64,000 bases of DNA, taken from positions 101 through 64,100 of the forward strand of contig CAZRNR010000005.1 of assembly GCA_964601505.1 (NCBI GenBank), in the 5' to 3' direction. A program made the position numbers and the translations under genes. The notes below the pieces were generated by a model. The model made no database searches and was not told the origin of the DNA. It worked only from the letters and a program-made list of their open reading frames with translations. The DNA is from an uncultured bacterium. GTDB taxonomy: Bacteria; Calescibacteriota; Calescibacteriia; Calescibacteriales; Calescibacteriaceae. The stretch's first letter is position 1, and every line of letters starts with the position of its first letter. Of this stretch, positions 28,624 through 38,419 are shown piece after piece.

Positions 28624-30330
28624 GTGGAACCAATTAGAAAAGTAATTAAGCGAGCAAGAAATCGTTCTCAAAGAGAAAAAGGATCAACAAAGTTATTAAA
28701 ATATCTGGATATGCTCAAGAAACAAATAGTTTTGGTGATTCTGTTTTGGTTTTTGGCATACTGTGCAAACGAGCCTGGGGAACAACAGCAAACCAGACAA
28801 CAACAAATTACTCAACAGCAGACTCAAAACATACAACAATCTCCTACTGTCCCAACATACAATCAAGATATAAAACCTATATTTGACCAAAATTGTGTAT
28901 CTTGCCATAGAGCTGGCGGACAAGCTTCATCCTACCCTCTTGACTCATACCAGAATATAATGAACGGAAGAACAAACTGTACCTCTACAACTGAAAAAAG
29001 ATACATCGTTCCTTCAAATTCAAACTCAAGCTATCTTTATAAGAAAATAATAGGCACACAAGATATTTGTGGTGGTAAAATGCCCCCTTCAGGAAACCTT
29101 CCCCAAGACAAAATAGAACTTATCAAAAAATGGATAGATGCTGGAGCACCCGAGTCAACCACAACCAGCGGAGGAACATCTGGTGAATCAGGTAGTGGAT
29201 CAACGTCAGGTGGAAACTCAGGAAGTAGTTCGGATACAACATCTGGAGGCTCAAGTGGCAGTTCTGATGGTATTTCTGATGGAACATCTGGTGGAACTTC
29301 TGGAGGAAGCTCGGGAGGAACATCTGGGAGTTCAAGTGGTGGATCTGGTGGTGGTGGAGGGAAAACACCTCCAGCTGTATTTGGAAAATACATATACACT
29401 GTTTCGGAGGAAGGTAAGATAATAAGGTGGGATGGTAGCAGAAAAGAAATATTCTTTGATATAGGAAGCAATACAAGAATAGTCTCTCCATCAATAGATG
29501 AATACGGAAACCTTTATTTTTCTGCATGGGATGGACATACATACTCCATTGATAATAATGGAAACTTAAGATGGAAGATACACTTTGGAAAATGCGACGG
29601 AGTATCAATACATGATAACATATTTTTCGGATGTGAAAATGGAGTATTCTATGAATTAACAAAGGATGGTTATATAATTCATTCAATCTTTCTTGGTGGT
29701 CCAATTGTTTCAGCTCCCCTAATACTACAAGACGGGAAAGCTGTCATAGGATCGGACAACGGGAAGATATATGAGATCAAAGATGGAAAAGTTCTGAAAT
29801 CTTTTGAAACAAATGGTAAAATAAGAGAAACCCCAGCAATAGACAAGAACAGCAATATATACTTTGGATCATACGACACTTATATCTATTCAATCTCACC
29901 TGATTTCAAAATCAGATGGAAATTCAAAACAGGTGGAGGTATATATTCTGGTTGCTCGCTATGGGAAAAATCAGGTAAAACGGTATGCACGATAGGATCA
30001 AAAGATGGTTATACATACACAGTAGATGAGAACGGGAATCTTGTTTGGAAAGTTCAAACAGGAGATGTTTCCACTGTCCCACTCATAGGAATCAAGAACA
30101 TATATGTCTTATCTGATGATAATGAAATCTTCGCAATATCTAAGGAAGGAATTATAATATCTCGGTATAAAACAGAACCAACATACTATTCATCACCTGC
30201 TATTGCTTTCGGAGAGGTTGTAGTGAGCACAGAACTTGGAGAAATTCTGAAATTCGGTTTTCAAGATGAGCTACTCCCTGGCTGGACAACAGCTCGTGGA
30301 AATTTACAAAGAACAGGAGGATTAAAATAG
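28624..30330 (+). CDS. Fusion protein: N-terminal anchor, heme-c (PSCyt1-like CxxCH) domain, Gly/Ser/Thr linker, PQQ/BamB-like beta-propeller
   Basis: CVSCH...GGKMPP...LIKKWIDAGAP, ~65-aa S/G/T low-complexity stretch, then repeated G.IY/W..DG propeller blades. An alternative start ATG lies at 28711. Confidence 0.65.
   Translation: MEPIRKVIKRARNRSQREKGSTKLLKYLDMLKKQIVLVILFWFLAYCANEPGEQQQTRQQQITQQQTQNIQQSPTVPTYNQDIKPIFDQNCVSCHRAGGQASSYPLDSYQNIMNGRTNCTSTTEKRYIVPSNSNSSYLYKKIIGTQDICGGKMPPSGNLPQDKIELIKKWIDAGAPESTTTSGGTSGESGSGSTSGGNSGSSSDTTSGGSSGSSDGISDGTSGGTSGGSSGGTSGSSSGGSGGGGGKTPPAVFGKYIYTVSEEGKIIRWDGSRKEIFFDIGSNTRIVSPSIDEYGNLYFSAWDGHTYSIDNNGNLRWKIHFGKCDGVSIHDNIFFGCENGVFYELTKDGYIIHSIFLGGPIVSAPLILQDGKAVIGSDNGKIYEIKDGKVLKSFETNGKIRETPAIDKNSNIYFGSYDTYIYSISPDFKIRWKFKTGGGIYSGCSLWEKSGKTVCTIGSKDGYTYTVDENGNLVWKVQTGDVSTVPLIGIKNIYVLSDDNEIFAISKEGIIISRYKTEPTYYSSPAIAFGEVVVSTELGEILKFGFQDELLPGWTTARGNLQRTGGLK
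29154..29360 (+). repeat. Low-complexity Gly/Ser/Thr-coding tract (interdomain linker)
   Basis: Reiterated GGT/GGA/AGT/TCT/TCA-rich codons encoding SGGTSGESGSGSTSGG...GGGGG. It generates spurious antisense ORFs. Confidence 0.9.
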
Positions 30331-30740
30331 TGGGATTTATCAAATCATTTTATCTTTTCTTGGTTTTTCCAATATTCTACCCTAACACGGTTGCTTCAAG
30401 CGAGCTGAATCCGAAAGAAATATATATAAACTACAGATGTGTAAAGTGCCATTCTATGAAAGTTGAAAACATCGAGCCTCTTGAAGAAGAAATTATTAAA
30501 GGTAAAAAGATAGTAGATCATTCTGGAGTTGGTTTAAAATATTCAAACGAATGGATAAAAAGATGGCTACTGAAACAAGAGGAAAAAGATGGCAAAAAAC
30601 ATAAGATAAAATTCAAAGGAACAGAAGAAGAATTAGAAACACTTTCAAAATGGTTAGCTGAGAAGAAAGCAGAAATATCGGAACAAGAACTTAAAGACTG
30701 GTATAGCGAGATAATTAACAGAATAAGAAACAGTAAGTAA
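30330..30740 (+). CDS. Small exported monoheme c-type cytochrome-like protein
   Basis: Signal peptide, single CVKCH motif; GTG start overlaps the upstream stop by 1 nt. Confidence 0.5.
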   Translation: MGFIKSFYLFLVFPIFYPNTVASSELNPKEIYINYRCVKCHSMKVENIEPLEEEIIKGKKIVDHSGVGLKYSNEWIKRWLLKQEEKDGKKHKIKFKGTEEELETLSKWLAEKKAEISEQELKDWYSEIINRIRNSK

Positions 30741-30767
30741 GGAACAAAATTATTCGTTATATTAATT

Positions 30768-31610
30768 CTATAACCTATTATAATCCAGATAGCGAACTGC
30801 ACACTCCTTTGCTATGTTTCTTATTCGCGATATAAATTCTGCTCTCTTCTCTGGACCTATAACTCCACGAGCGTCAAGTATATTAAATATATGGGAACAT
30901 TTAACACAAAAATCATAAGCTGGAATATAAAGATTTTCAGAAAGAAGCCTTTTGGACTCTTTCTCACAAGCGTCAAACATATTAAACAACATATCCGTAT
31001 CTGCCTTCTCAAAGTTGTAAATACTCCATTGTCTCTCCCTTTCCCTATAGAAATCCCCGTAAGAGATTTCTCCCCACTTTATATCAAAGACATTTGTTTT
31101 TCCTGTTATGAAAAGAGAAATTCTTTCAAGACCGTATGTTATCTCAAAAGATGGTGGATCAAGTTCAATTGATCCCATCTGTTGGAAAAAAGTAAGTTGT
31201 GTTATTTCCATTCCGTCAAGCCTTGCTTCCCATCCAAGTCCCCAGGCTCCCAAAGTTGGAGATTCCCAGTTGTCTTCAATAAGGCGAAAATCTCTTGAGC
31301 TTACATCAATTCCTATACTTTTAAGACTCTCTATGTAAATCTCCACAGGATCCTGAGGTATCGGCTTGAGTATAACTTGAAGTTGAAAATAATGCTGAAG
31401 CCTTTGCGGGTTTTTGCCATATCTTCCATCCTGTGGTCTTCTTGATGGCTGGACATACGCAACCTTCCAAGGAGAGCTTCCAAGAACCCCGAAAAAAGTT
31501 GCCGGATGGAAAGTTCCAGCTCCAACCTCAACGTCATAAGGCTGCATTATTGTGCAACCCTTTGAATTCCAGAAATCAAGTATCTTGGATGTTATGTTCC
31601 AAAAATCCAT
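30768..31610 (-). CDS. glyQ: Glycine--tRNA ligase alpha subunit
   Basis: [52 protein letters not shown]; 280 aa. Confidence 0.95.
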   Translation of the reverse strand: MDFWNITSKILDFWNSKGCTIMQPYDVEVGAGTFHPATFFGVLGSSPWKVAYVQPSRRPQDGRYGKNPQRLQHYFQLQVILKPIPQDPVEIYIESLKSIGIDVSSRDFRLIEDNWESPTLGAWGLGWEARLDGMEITQLTFFQQMGSIELDPPSFEITYGLERISLFITGKTNVFDIKWGEISYGDFYRERERQWSIYNFEKADTDMLFNMFDACEKESKRLLSENLYIPAYDFCVKCSHIFNILDARGVIGPEKRAEFISRIRNIAKECAVRYLDYNRL

Positions 31611-31975
31611 CTCTCACTCAAACCAATATACTGCAATAATCTCAAAAAATTCAAGAACCAAAAAAATTATTTTAAGTCCAGATTTGTCCCAAAATGCTAT
31701 AAAATTCACAATCAGGATCGATAAAACTTTTATCTATCTCTGAAAATCCTGAATAATACAATGGAGCAAAAAATTTTTCCAATTTTTTCCTTACCTCTCT
31801 GGAGAATAATGAAAACCTTAAAAAGCAAAAAAATTAATCTTCTGAAGATCGGATAATGGTATCTGATAAAAGTTTAATTACTACAAATCAAGGATTACAT
31901 AGATTTCTGCATTATTTTTAACTTTAAGAGTAATTGTAAAAATAATCATCGGATAAAGGAAAGAGTTTATAATTT

Positions 31976-32929
31976 ATGAAGTTTCTCAAAGATGGATATG
32001 GTAGAAGATTTGATTATATCAGAATTTCATTGACGGATAGGTGTAATCTTGGGTGTTTTTATTGCAAAAAGAGTCTTTTCAAACCTCTTCCAAGAAGTGA
32101 AATATTAACGCTTGAGGAAATAACTTTTCTTGTTTCAGTATTCAGAGAACAATTTGGAATTCAGAAAGTTCGCTTGACGGGCGGAGAACCTCTATTGAGA
32201 AAAGAAATAAATAAACTTATAGAAAACATCTCTGGAATGAATGTAAAAATAAAGATCACAACAAACGGAGTCTTTCTTGATAATTTTATAGAATTCTTCA
32301 AAGAGAAGAAAGTGTCCGTTAATGTAAGCTTAGATACATTAAATGAAGAAAAATTCTTCAAAATAAGTGGTGATAGAAACTTGAAAAAGGTGATTGATAA
32401 CATACAGAGGTGTGCTTCTTCTGGAATAAATCTAAAGATAAACACTGTAGCACTCAGAGGAATAAACGATGATGAAATTCTAAACCTTATAAATTTTTCA
32501 AACTCAATAGGAACAGAAATTAGATTCATAGAATTCATGCCTTTTGTAGATCCTGAAACTTGGAGAACTTACTTTATACCTGAGGAAGAAATAAAGAGAA
32601 AAATTCTTGAAAAATTTTCAATGAGATTTTTAGAAGACAGCGGCACAGCCTATGTTTATAAACTTGATAACGGTGGAAGAGTTGGATTTATATCAACGGT
32701 TTCAAGGCCATTTTGTGATTCCTGTTCAAGATTGAGGATAACAGCTGATGGTAAGATTGTTCTTTGCATGTTTGATAAGGTTTCATACCCACTGATGGAT
32801 TTCTTGAGACCAAATATAAGAGAATCAGACCTTATTGATTTCATAACAAAAGTAGTAAAGAATAAACCACGAGGTTTTATAGAACTCAAGGGAGAGCCAG
32901 CTTTCGAGATGACAAGACTTGGGGGGTAA
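31976..32929 (+). CDS. moaA: GTP 3',8-cyclase MoaA (radical SAM)
   Basis: RISLTDRCNLGCFYC cluster motif, C-terminal CDSCSRLRITADGK, terminal GG. Confidence 0.9.
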   Translation: MKFLKDGYGRRFDYIRISLTDRCNLGCFYCKKSLFKPLPRSEILTLEEITFLVSVFREQFGIQKVRLTGGEPLLRKEINKLIENISGMNVKIKITTNGVFLDNFIEFFKEKKVSVNVSLDTLNEEKFFKISGDRNLKKVIDNIQRCASSGINLKINTVALRGINDDEILNLINFSNSIGTEIRFIEFMPFVDPETWRTYFIPEEEIKRKILEKFSMRFLEDSGTAYVYKLDNGGRVGFISTVSRPFCDSCSRLRITADGKIVLCMFDKVSYPLMDFLRPNIRESDLIDFITKVVKNKPRGFIELKGEPAFEMTRLGG

Positions 32930-32932
32930 TAA

Positions 32933-33163
32933 ATGAGAGTTTTACTTTTTGGAAAGCTAAAAGATATAATAGGTACAAATTCCATAGAAGTCAGAGGTCT
33001 AAAGAGAATCTCCGATCTCAAAGAATTTTTATTTCAGAAATTTCCAGAGCTTAAAAACCAAACTTTTTCTATTTCGGTAAATTTTGAAATAGTTTTAGAA
33101 GAAGATTTGGAGATCAAAGAAAATGATGAGATAGCTCTGCTTCCACCAATTTCAGGAGGGTAA
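32933..33163 (+). CDS. moaD: Molybdopterin synthase sulfur-carrier subunit MoaD
   Basis: 76 aa, ubiquitin-like size, C-terminal ...PPISGG; located between moaA and moaE. Confidence 0.8.
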   Translation: MRVLLFGKLKDIIGTNSIEVRGLKRISDLKEFLFQKFPELKNQTFSISVNFEIVLEEDLEIKENDEIALLPPISGG

Positions 33164-33164
33164 A

Positions 33165-33587
33165 ATGAAAGGTAAGAAATTTAGGGAGTATCTTGTTTAC
33201 GGAAAGATAAAAAATTCCGTAAGAAAACACTGTCTGAACTGTGGAGCGATTATAACATTTGAAGGTGTAGTAAGGGGAGATAAAGTAGGGAACTCACGTG
33301 TTAAAAAGATAAAGTATGAATCATATGAACAGATGGCAGAAAAAGAGATAGACAAAATAAGAAGGGAGGCAATAGAAAAGTTCAAATTGCACGATGCAGT
33401 GATAAAACACAGGATTGGTGAGGTGAAGGTTGGTGAAACGGCTTTGTTTGTAGCAGTCTTATCGGAACACAGAAAAGAAGGATTCAAAGCAATAGATTAC
33501 ATTGTTGATGAAGTTAAGAAAAAAGTCCCTATATGGAAAAAAGAGATTCTTGAAAACAAACAATCAAGATGGAAGGAAAACGATTAG
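33165..33587 (+). CDS. moaE: Molybdopterin synthase catalytic subunit MoaE
   Basis: 140 aa; ITFEGVVR...VKHRIGEVKVGE..LFVAV.SEHRKE.F.A..Y.VD..K..VPIWKKE pattern. Confidence 0.85.
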   Translation: MKGKKFREYLVYGKIKNSVRKHCLNCGAIITFEGVVRGDKVGNSRVKKIKYESYEQMAEKEIDKIRREAIEKFKLHDAVIKHRIGEVKVGETALFVAVLSEHRKEGFKAIDYIVDEVKKKVPIWKKEILENKQSRWKEND

Positions 33588-33681
33588 CTTGAACACAAAA
33601 TTCTTGAGTTTCTATAAATTTATCCGTAAATAAGCACAAAAATTACGAGAGTAAATTTATATGATTTAACAAGTAAAAAAA

Positions 33682-34074
33682 TCAATTGCTTATCTTTTCA
33701 GATCTATAGGATGATATTCCAAGCATTTCTACTTTCTTCTCAGATGGAGTTTTGACAAAAGCAATAGGGACTGGTGTAAGATTTATATCACTCAAGAAGG
33801 GCAATCCAGCAGCTATTGCGGATAGGTCAAAGATTTCTGTTTCCATCTTATATTTCTCAGGATAATCTATAGGAGGTATTTCTGCATTGTATTTTGCTTG
33901 CAAATATCCTCTCATCCTAGCATCATACAGTATAAAGATGGCCTGGGAAATCTCGTCTATATTTTTTGAGAATTTTATATTTCCGATATTTAGTCCAACT
34001 ATAGCAACAAGGGTAGTTCCAATTATCCATACTGAGACAAGAACTTCCATAAGTGTAAATCCTTTTTTACTCAT
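33682..34074 (-). CDS. Prepilin-type N-terminal cleavage/methylation domain protein (minor pilin/pseudopilin)
   Basis: MSKKG-FTLMEVLVSVWIIG canonical class III signal; 130 aa. Confidence 0.7.
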   Translation of the reverse strand: MSKKGFTLMEVLVSVWIIGTTLVAIVGLNIGNIKFSKNIDEISQAIFILYDARMRGYLQAKYNAEIPPIDYPEKYKMETEIFDLSAIAAGLPFLSDINLTPVPIAFVKTPSEKKVEMLGISSYRSEKISN

Positions 34075-34165
34075 CTAAATAATCTTTAAATAATTCTATT
34101 ACTCATTTTCATTTTTTTTGAAAATCAAATCTTTAGCGATATGCTGATAATTTTATAAAAGCATT

Positions 34166-34960
34166 ATGCCAATTGAATTGAGGTTCAAGGACGATTACTA
34201 CAAGTTCTTAGATCAGATAGAATTTACTCCTGGTATAACCATAAAGGATATACTTGAAAATGGAATACACTTTGGGCACAATGCGGAAAAGTGGAACCCA
34301 AAGATGAAACCATACATTTTTGGAGAAAGAAATGGGATACATATAATAGATGTCCAAAAAACCCAAGACCTCCTGACAAAAGCTTGCAAGTATGCATTTT
34401 ACCTCGCATCAGAAGGAGGAACAATACTTTTTGTCGGAACGAAAAACATAGGGAAGGAACTCGTTAAAAACTATGCCATAGAGTGTGGGATGCCTTATAT
34501 TATAGAAAGATGGCTTGGTGGAACCCTGACGAATTTTCAAGCTATACTAAACGGAATAGCAAGATACAACAGATATGTTGAAATGATTGAAAGTGGAGAA
34601 ATCTATAAACTCTACACAAAAAAAGAAGCAAACAGCATAAAAAGAGTAACAGAAAAGATGGGAAAATATTACGAAGGTATAAAAAATCTGAAAAAACTTC
34701 CTGATGCTGTTTTTGTAGTAGGGGTGATTGAAGAGAAAACTTGTATAGCTGAAGCTATAAATATGAAGATACCAATAATAGCTCCGGTTGATACAAACTG
34801 TGATCCAGATATGATAACATTCCCATTTCCCGGGAATGATGACGGTATAAGAGCAATAAAATTCTATTGTTCCCATATATCAAGAGCAATAAAGTCTGGA
34901 AGGAAGAAATTTGAAGAACGACAGGCAATGGCTAAAGAATCGGGAGAAGCAACTGTGTGA
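34166..34960 (+). CDS. rpsB: 30S ribosomal protein S2
   Basis: ILENGIHFGHNAEKWNPKMKPYIFGERNGIHIIDVQKT..., FVGTK, VDTNCDPD. Confidence 0.95.
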   Translation: MPIELRFKDDYYKFLDQIEFTPGITIKDILENGIHFGHNAEKWNPKMKPYIFGERNGIHIIDVQKTQDLLTKACKYAFYLASEGGTILFVGTKNIGKELVKNYAIECGMPYIIERWLGGTLTNFQAILNGIARYNRYVEMIESGEIYKLYTKKEANSIKRVTEKMGKYYEGIKNLKKLPDAVFVVGVIEEKTCIAEAINMKIPIIAPVDTNCDPDMITFPFPGNDDGIRAIKFYCSHISRAIKSGRKKFEERQAMAKESGEATV

Positions 34961-35688
34961 TAAAAGAAATACGAGCCTTCCTTTTGGTCTTTTCTTTTTT
35001 TTCAAGATTTCCAATAAAAGCACCTGAAGATTTTGAAAAAATTCTTCCAAGATCCATAAAGTATATTCCACTATTTGCTTTGATTTCTGGAATTTTTCTG
35101 TTTCTGCTGATAAAAATCCTTTCTTTTTTCCTAAAAGATGAAATAACTGCAATAATTGTCTTCATTATCCAATATTTAATTTTTAACTACTTTCATTTTG
35201 ACGGATTTCTAGACACATCAGATGCATTCCTTTCAGGTAAAACAAAAAAAGAAGAAATCTTGAGCATCATGGAAGATACCCACGTTGGTGCTTTCGCTGT
35301 TCTCCTTGGTTCAACATACATTGCAACAAAGCTATACATATATACGATTTTCTTGATCCCCAATAATCCAGAACTGATAATTTTCTCTTTTTCTGTAGGA
35401 AGGATATTCATCGTGCTCTTTTCATATGTATTTGGATCAAGCGCTAAAGATTACGGACTTGGTTATATTTTCGTCTCAAATGCTAAAAAAGGGTTTATCT
35501 CATCATCTATCGCATTCCTAATAATATCGGCTATATATTTTTATGAAACTATAATAACCTTTTTTATATGTTTGATATTCTGTATATACTTTGTGAGAAA
35601 AGTCGGAGGACTTACCGGTGATATACTTGGGTGGATATGTGAATTTTCCGAACTTGTTTGGCTTCTCGTATCCTGGCAGATGTCATGA
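34957..35688 (+). CDS. cobS: Adenosylcobinamide-GDP ribazoletransferase (cobalamin synthase CobS)
   Basis: Polytopic 243-aa membrane protein with HFDGFLDTSDA and GGLTGD motifs. Confidence 0.75.
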   Translation: MIKEIRAFLLVFSFFSRFPIKAPEDFEKILPRSIKYIPLFALISGIFLFLLIKILSFFLKDEITAIIVFIIQYLIFNYFHFDGFLDTSDAFLSGKTKKEEILSIMEDTHVGAFAVLLGSTYIATKLYIYTIFLIPNNPELIIFSFSVGRIFIVLFSYVFGSSAKDYGLGYIFVSNAKKGFISSSIAFLIISAIYFYETIITFFICLIFCIYFVRKVGGLTGDILGWICEFSELVWLLVSWQMS

Positions 35689-36692
35689 TTGACAGAAAAG
35701 AAAGAATTGAAGAAGAAAAAGAAGAGGAACAGATAATCAAGGCAGCAGAAATAATAAAAGGTGGGGGAATTGTAGCATTTCCAACTGAAACCGTCTATGG
35801 TCTTGGAGCAAACGCATTTGACGAGAAAGCTGTCAGAAAAATATTTGAACTGAAAGGGAGACCACAAGATAACCCGCTTATAGTACATATATGCTCGCTA
35901 GATGATCTGAATATTGTAGCTTCAAATATACCAGATAAGGCATATAAACTAATTGAGAGGTTTTGGCCCGGACCACTTACTTTAGTGCTTACAAGGAATC
36001 CGTCAGTTCCAGACATAGTTAGTTCCGGCCTCACAACAGTCGCAGTCCGAATGCCATCTCATCCAGTAGCTCTAAAACTCATCAGGTATGCAGGAACACC
36101 TATTGCGGCTCCCAGTGCCAATCCATCTGGAAAACCAAGTGCAACAAAACCAGAACACATTAAACACTACTTTGGAGAAAAAGTATTCATAGTAGAAGGA
36201 CAAACAGAAATAGGAATAGAATCTACAGTATTAGATATGACATCCGACCAAATAGTTATTCTAAGACCCGGAGGACTTGAACTGGAAAAAATAAGAGAAG
36301 TTCTAAAAGAAGATATCTTTATTAAAACCTCTGATCTCCCAAAAAGTCCGGGAATGAAATATCCACACTACAAACCACAGTTATATTTTATCGTTATTGG
36401 AGAGAGAAGAAATATAAGCGAACTCAAAAAACTTCTGAAACCTAAGGCTAAAATACTCTATGTTGCAACATACGATATTCCCGAAGACATCAAATCAGAG
36501 CTAAAGAAAGTTTATAATATAGACTTCATTCTTGCAGGATCAGATGAGAAAGAGATCGCGAGAAACTTCTTTGATATACTCATAACAAAAAGTAAAGGAT
36601 ATGACATCATGGTATTTGAGAGTGTTCAAGAAAAAGGAGTGGGTCTTGGAATAATGAACAGACTAAAAAAAGCAGCAGATATTATAATTTGA
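35658..36692 (+). CDS. tsaC: L-threonylcarbamoyladenylate synthase (Sua5/YwlC long form)
   Basis: GGIVAFPTETVYGLGANA, KGRP..NPLIVH, SANPSGKPS, plus a Sua5 C-terminal domain. The likely start is ATG 35685, which overlaps the cobS stop as ATGA. Confidence 0.85.
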   Translation: MASRILADVMIDRKERIEEEKEEEQIIKAAEIIKGGGIVAFPTETVYGLGANAFDEKAVRKIFELKGRPQDNPLIVHICSLDDLNIVASNIPDKAYKLIERFWPGPLTLVLTRNPSVPDIVSSGLTTVAVRMPSHPVALKLIRYAGTPIAAPSANPSGKPSATKPEHIKHYFGEKVFIVEGQTEIGIESTVLDMTSDQIVILRPGGLELEKIREVLKEDIFIKTSDLPKSPGMKYPHYKPQLYFIVIGERRNISELKKLLKPKAKILYVATYDIPEDIKSELKKVYNIDFILAGSDEKEIARNFFDILITKSKGYDIMVFESVQEKGVGLGIMNRLKKAADIII

Positions 36693-37221
36693 ACTGATTA
36701 ATTCCACAATCTAAAAAACAAACATACAAGGATGATACAAAATTTATAAAAATGTTATATACAAATTTTCGGAAGCTTATCTTACCGTCGTTGCCAAAAT
36801 TTCAAAATTCTTTTAAGTGAAAGATCATTGAGAAATTTATAAAAGAAAAACTTTTTAGTCCTTTTCAATAATGGCTGATACCCTTTCAATTTACAGAACG
36901 CTCTAAAAGAAATCAAATTCTGATAGTCAAATATTATCTTCTTCGGCTTAAACAATCTGAAAACTTGCTTACACTTTTTAAGGAAAAAATTCTTCCTAAA
37001 ACGGGAATATGTTCAAAATTTTTTTGAAATATATCACTTACTACAATTTAATGTCTGATATACCACAAGAGCTTTTATATTTATATTGGAATTAGCTTTA
37101 TTACATTTATCAGATACTTTTCTAAATAAGAAAATGCTTTTTAAATAAGAATAGGATTTGAGAAGTAGAAAACATAGATCAATATTTTGATTATGATTAC
37201 AACAGAGCAATTCGCAATAAA

Positions 37222-38256
37222 TTATTTAAACTTTATCCTTATTATATCTCTATCCTTGACTTTATAATCTCTTCCGACTGTTCTGAAAAGACCCTTCTTA
37301 TAAGCCTCCTGATCATTCTGGCATTTGATATATTCCATAGCACTTGTAACCTCAGCAGAGATAAATCCTTTTTGTATATCAGAATGTATAAAACCTGCAG
37401 CTTCATAGACTGTTATATCTTTCCCCCCAATCCATCCTCTCAATTCTTTCCCTTCAAAACCTGTGTAATATATGATTATATCAGCCACATCAAATATAGC
37501 TTCTGTCATTTTAATTCTTAAAGGAGTTATTCCTTCATTAATAAGATCTTTTTCCTCAAATTCAAGTTCCATCTGAGCATCGCAGACAATAACTTTTTTG
37601 GAATCAAAACCAGAGAACAATTTATCCCACTTATCACGAGCCACATCTGTATTTATTATAACAAAATAAGGCTTAGAACAGATCAGTTCTATCTCTGATT
37701 TCATTGGGAATTTCAAGGATACTACGAATTCATTAACAGCTTCTTTCAATTTTTGCACTTCAGCGAGTTTAGATTTTGCATCTTTATCTCCGCTCATCGC
37801 TGGTTTTCTGAGTTTATCCTCATATCTGGAAAGGATCTCAAGATCTTTCATAGCAACCTCATAACGAAGTATATCAAAGTCCCTTTTTATGTCGTCATAA
37901 CCTTCAATATGGGGAACAGACTTAAGATATCTCAGAACATACACTATTATATCGAGGGGCCTTATATATGATAAAAATTCATTACCTAGCCCTTCACCCG
38001 TATGAGCTCCCTTGACCAGTCCCGCTACATCAACTATTTCTAAAGCAGGATACTTTACCTGAGATGATTTCATAACATCAGATATCCTATCTATTAACTC
38101 ATCATGAAGTATCATAATCCCATGATTTTTATCTTTTGTCGTAAAAGGATAAGGAGCAACCTCAGCAGATGATTTAGTGAGAAGATTGAAAATCGTTGTC
38201 TTACCGCTTGAAGGTATACCCACAAGCCCAGCTCTTATCCTCTCTCCGTATATCAT
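37222..38256 (-). CDS. ychF: Obg-family GTPase/ATPase YchF
   Basis: GLVGIPSSGKTTIFNLLT P-loop, DVAGLVKGAHTGEGLGNEFL, C-terminal IHSDIQKGFISAEV TGS-like domain. Confidence 0.8.
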   Translation of the reverse strand: MIYGERIRAGLVGIPSSGKTTIFNLLTKSSAEVAPYPFTTKDKNHGIMILHDELIDRISDVMKSSQVKYPALEIVDVAGLVKGAHTGEGLGNEFLSYIRPLDIIVYVLRYLKSVPHIEGYDDIKRDFDILRYEVAMKDLEILSRYEDKLRKPAMSGDKDAKSKLAEVQKLKEAVNEFVVSLKFPMKSEIELICSKPYFVIINTDVARDKWDKLFSGFDSKKVIVCDAQMELEFEEKDLINEGITPLRIKMTEAIFDVADIIIYYTGFEGKELRGWIGGKDITVYEAAGFIHSDIQKGFISAEVTSAMEYIKCQNDQEAYKKGLFRTVGRDYKVKDRDIIRIKFK

Positions 38257-38419
38257 CTCATTACACCATTCCCTAATATCCTAATAAATATATCTTTTTA
38301 TAAAATCCTGAAACATCTCAAATCCCAGAACTCACAACTCCTAAATATCCAGTAATTCCCAAATTCAAATGCAAAAAACGATAAAAATAATCACATGCTT
38401 CTGATCCTCACCACAATAC

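Noticed and set aside
29037-29704. Two long - strand ORFs (144 and 193 aa, Pro- or His/Leu-rich) and one + strand ORF overlapping the Gly/Ser linker region.
   Set aside because: They are mirror images of the GGN/AGY/TCN-rich linker codons of the heme-c/propeller gene. Repetitive composition keeps alternative frames open, and they have no independent signals.
31611-31975. Moco riboswitch upstream of moaA.
   Set aside because: The 365-nt region is AT-rich, and I could not find the conserved GC-rich Moco motif core elements. The region is also the divergent promoter area for glyQ. An Infernal scan would be decisive.
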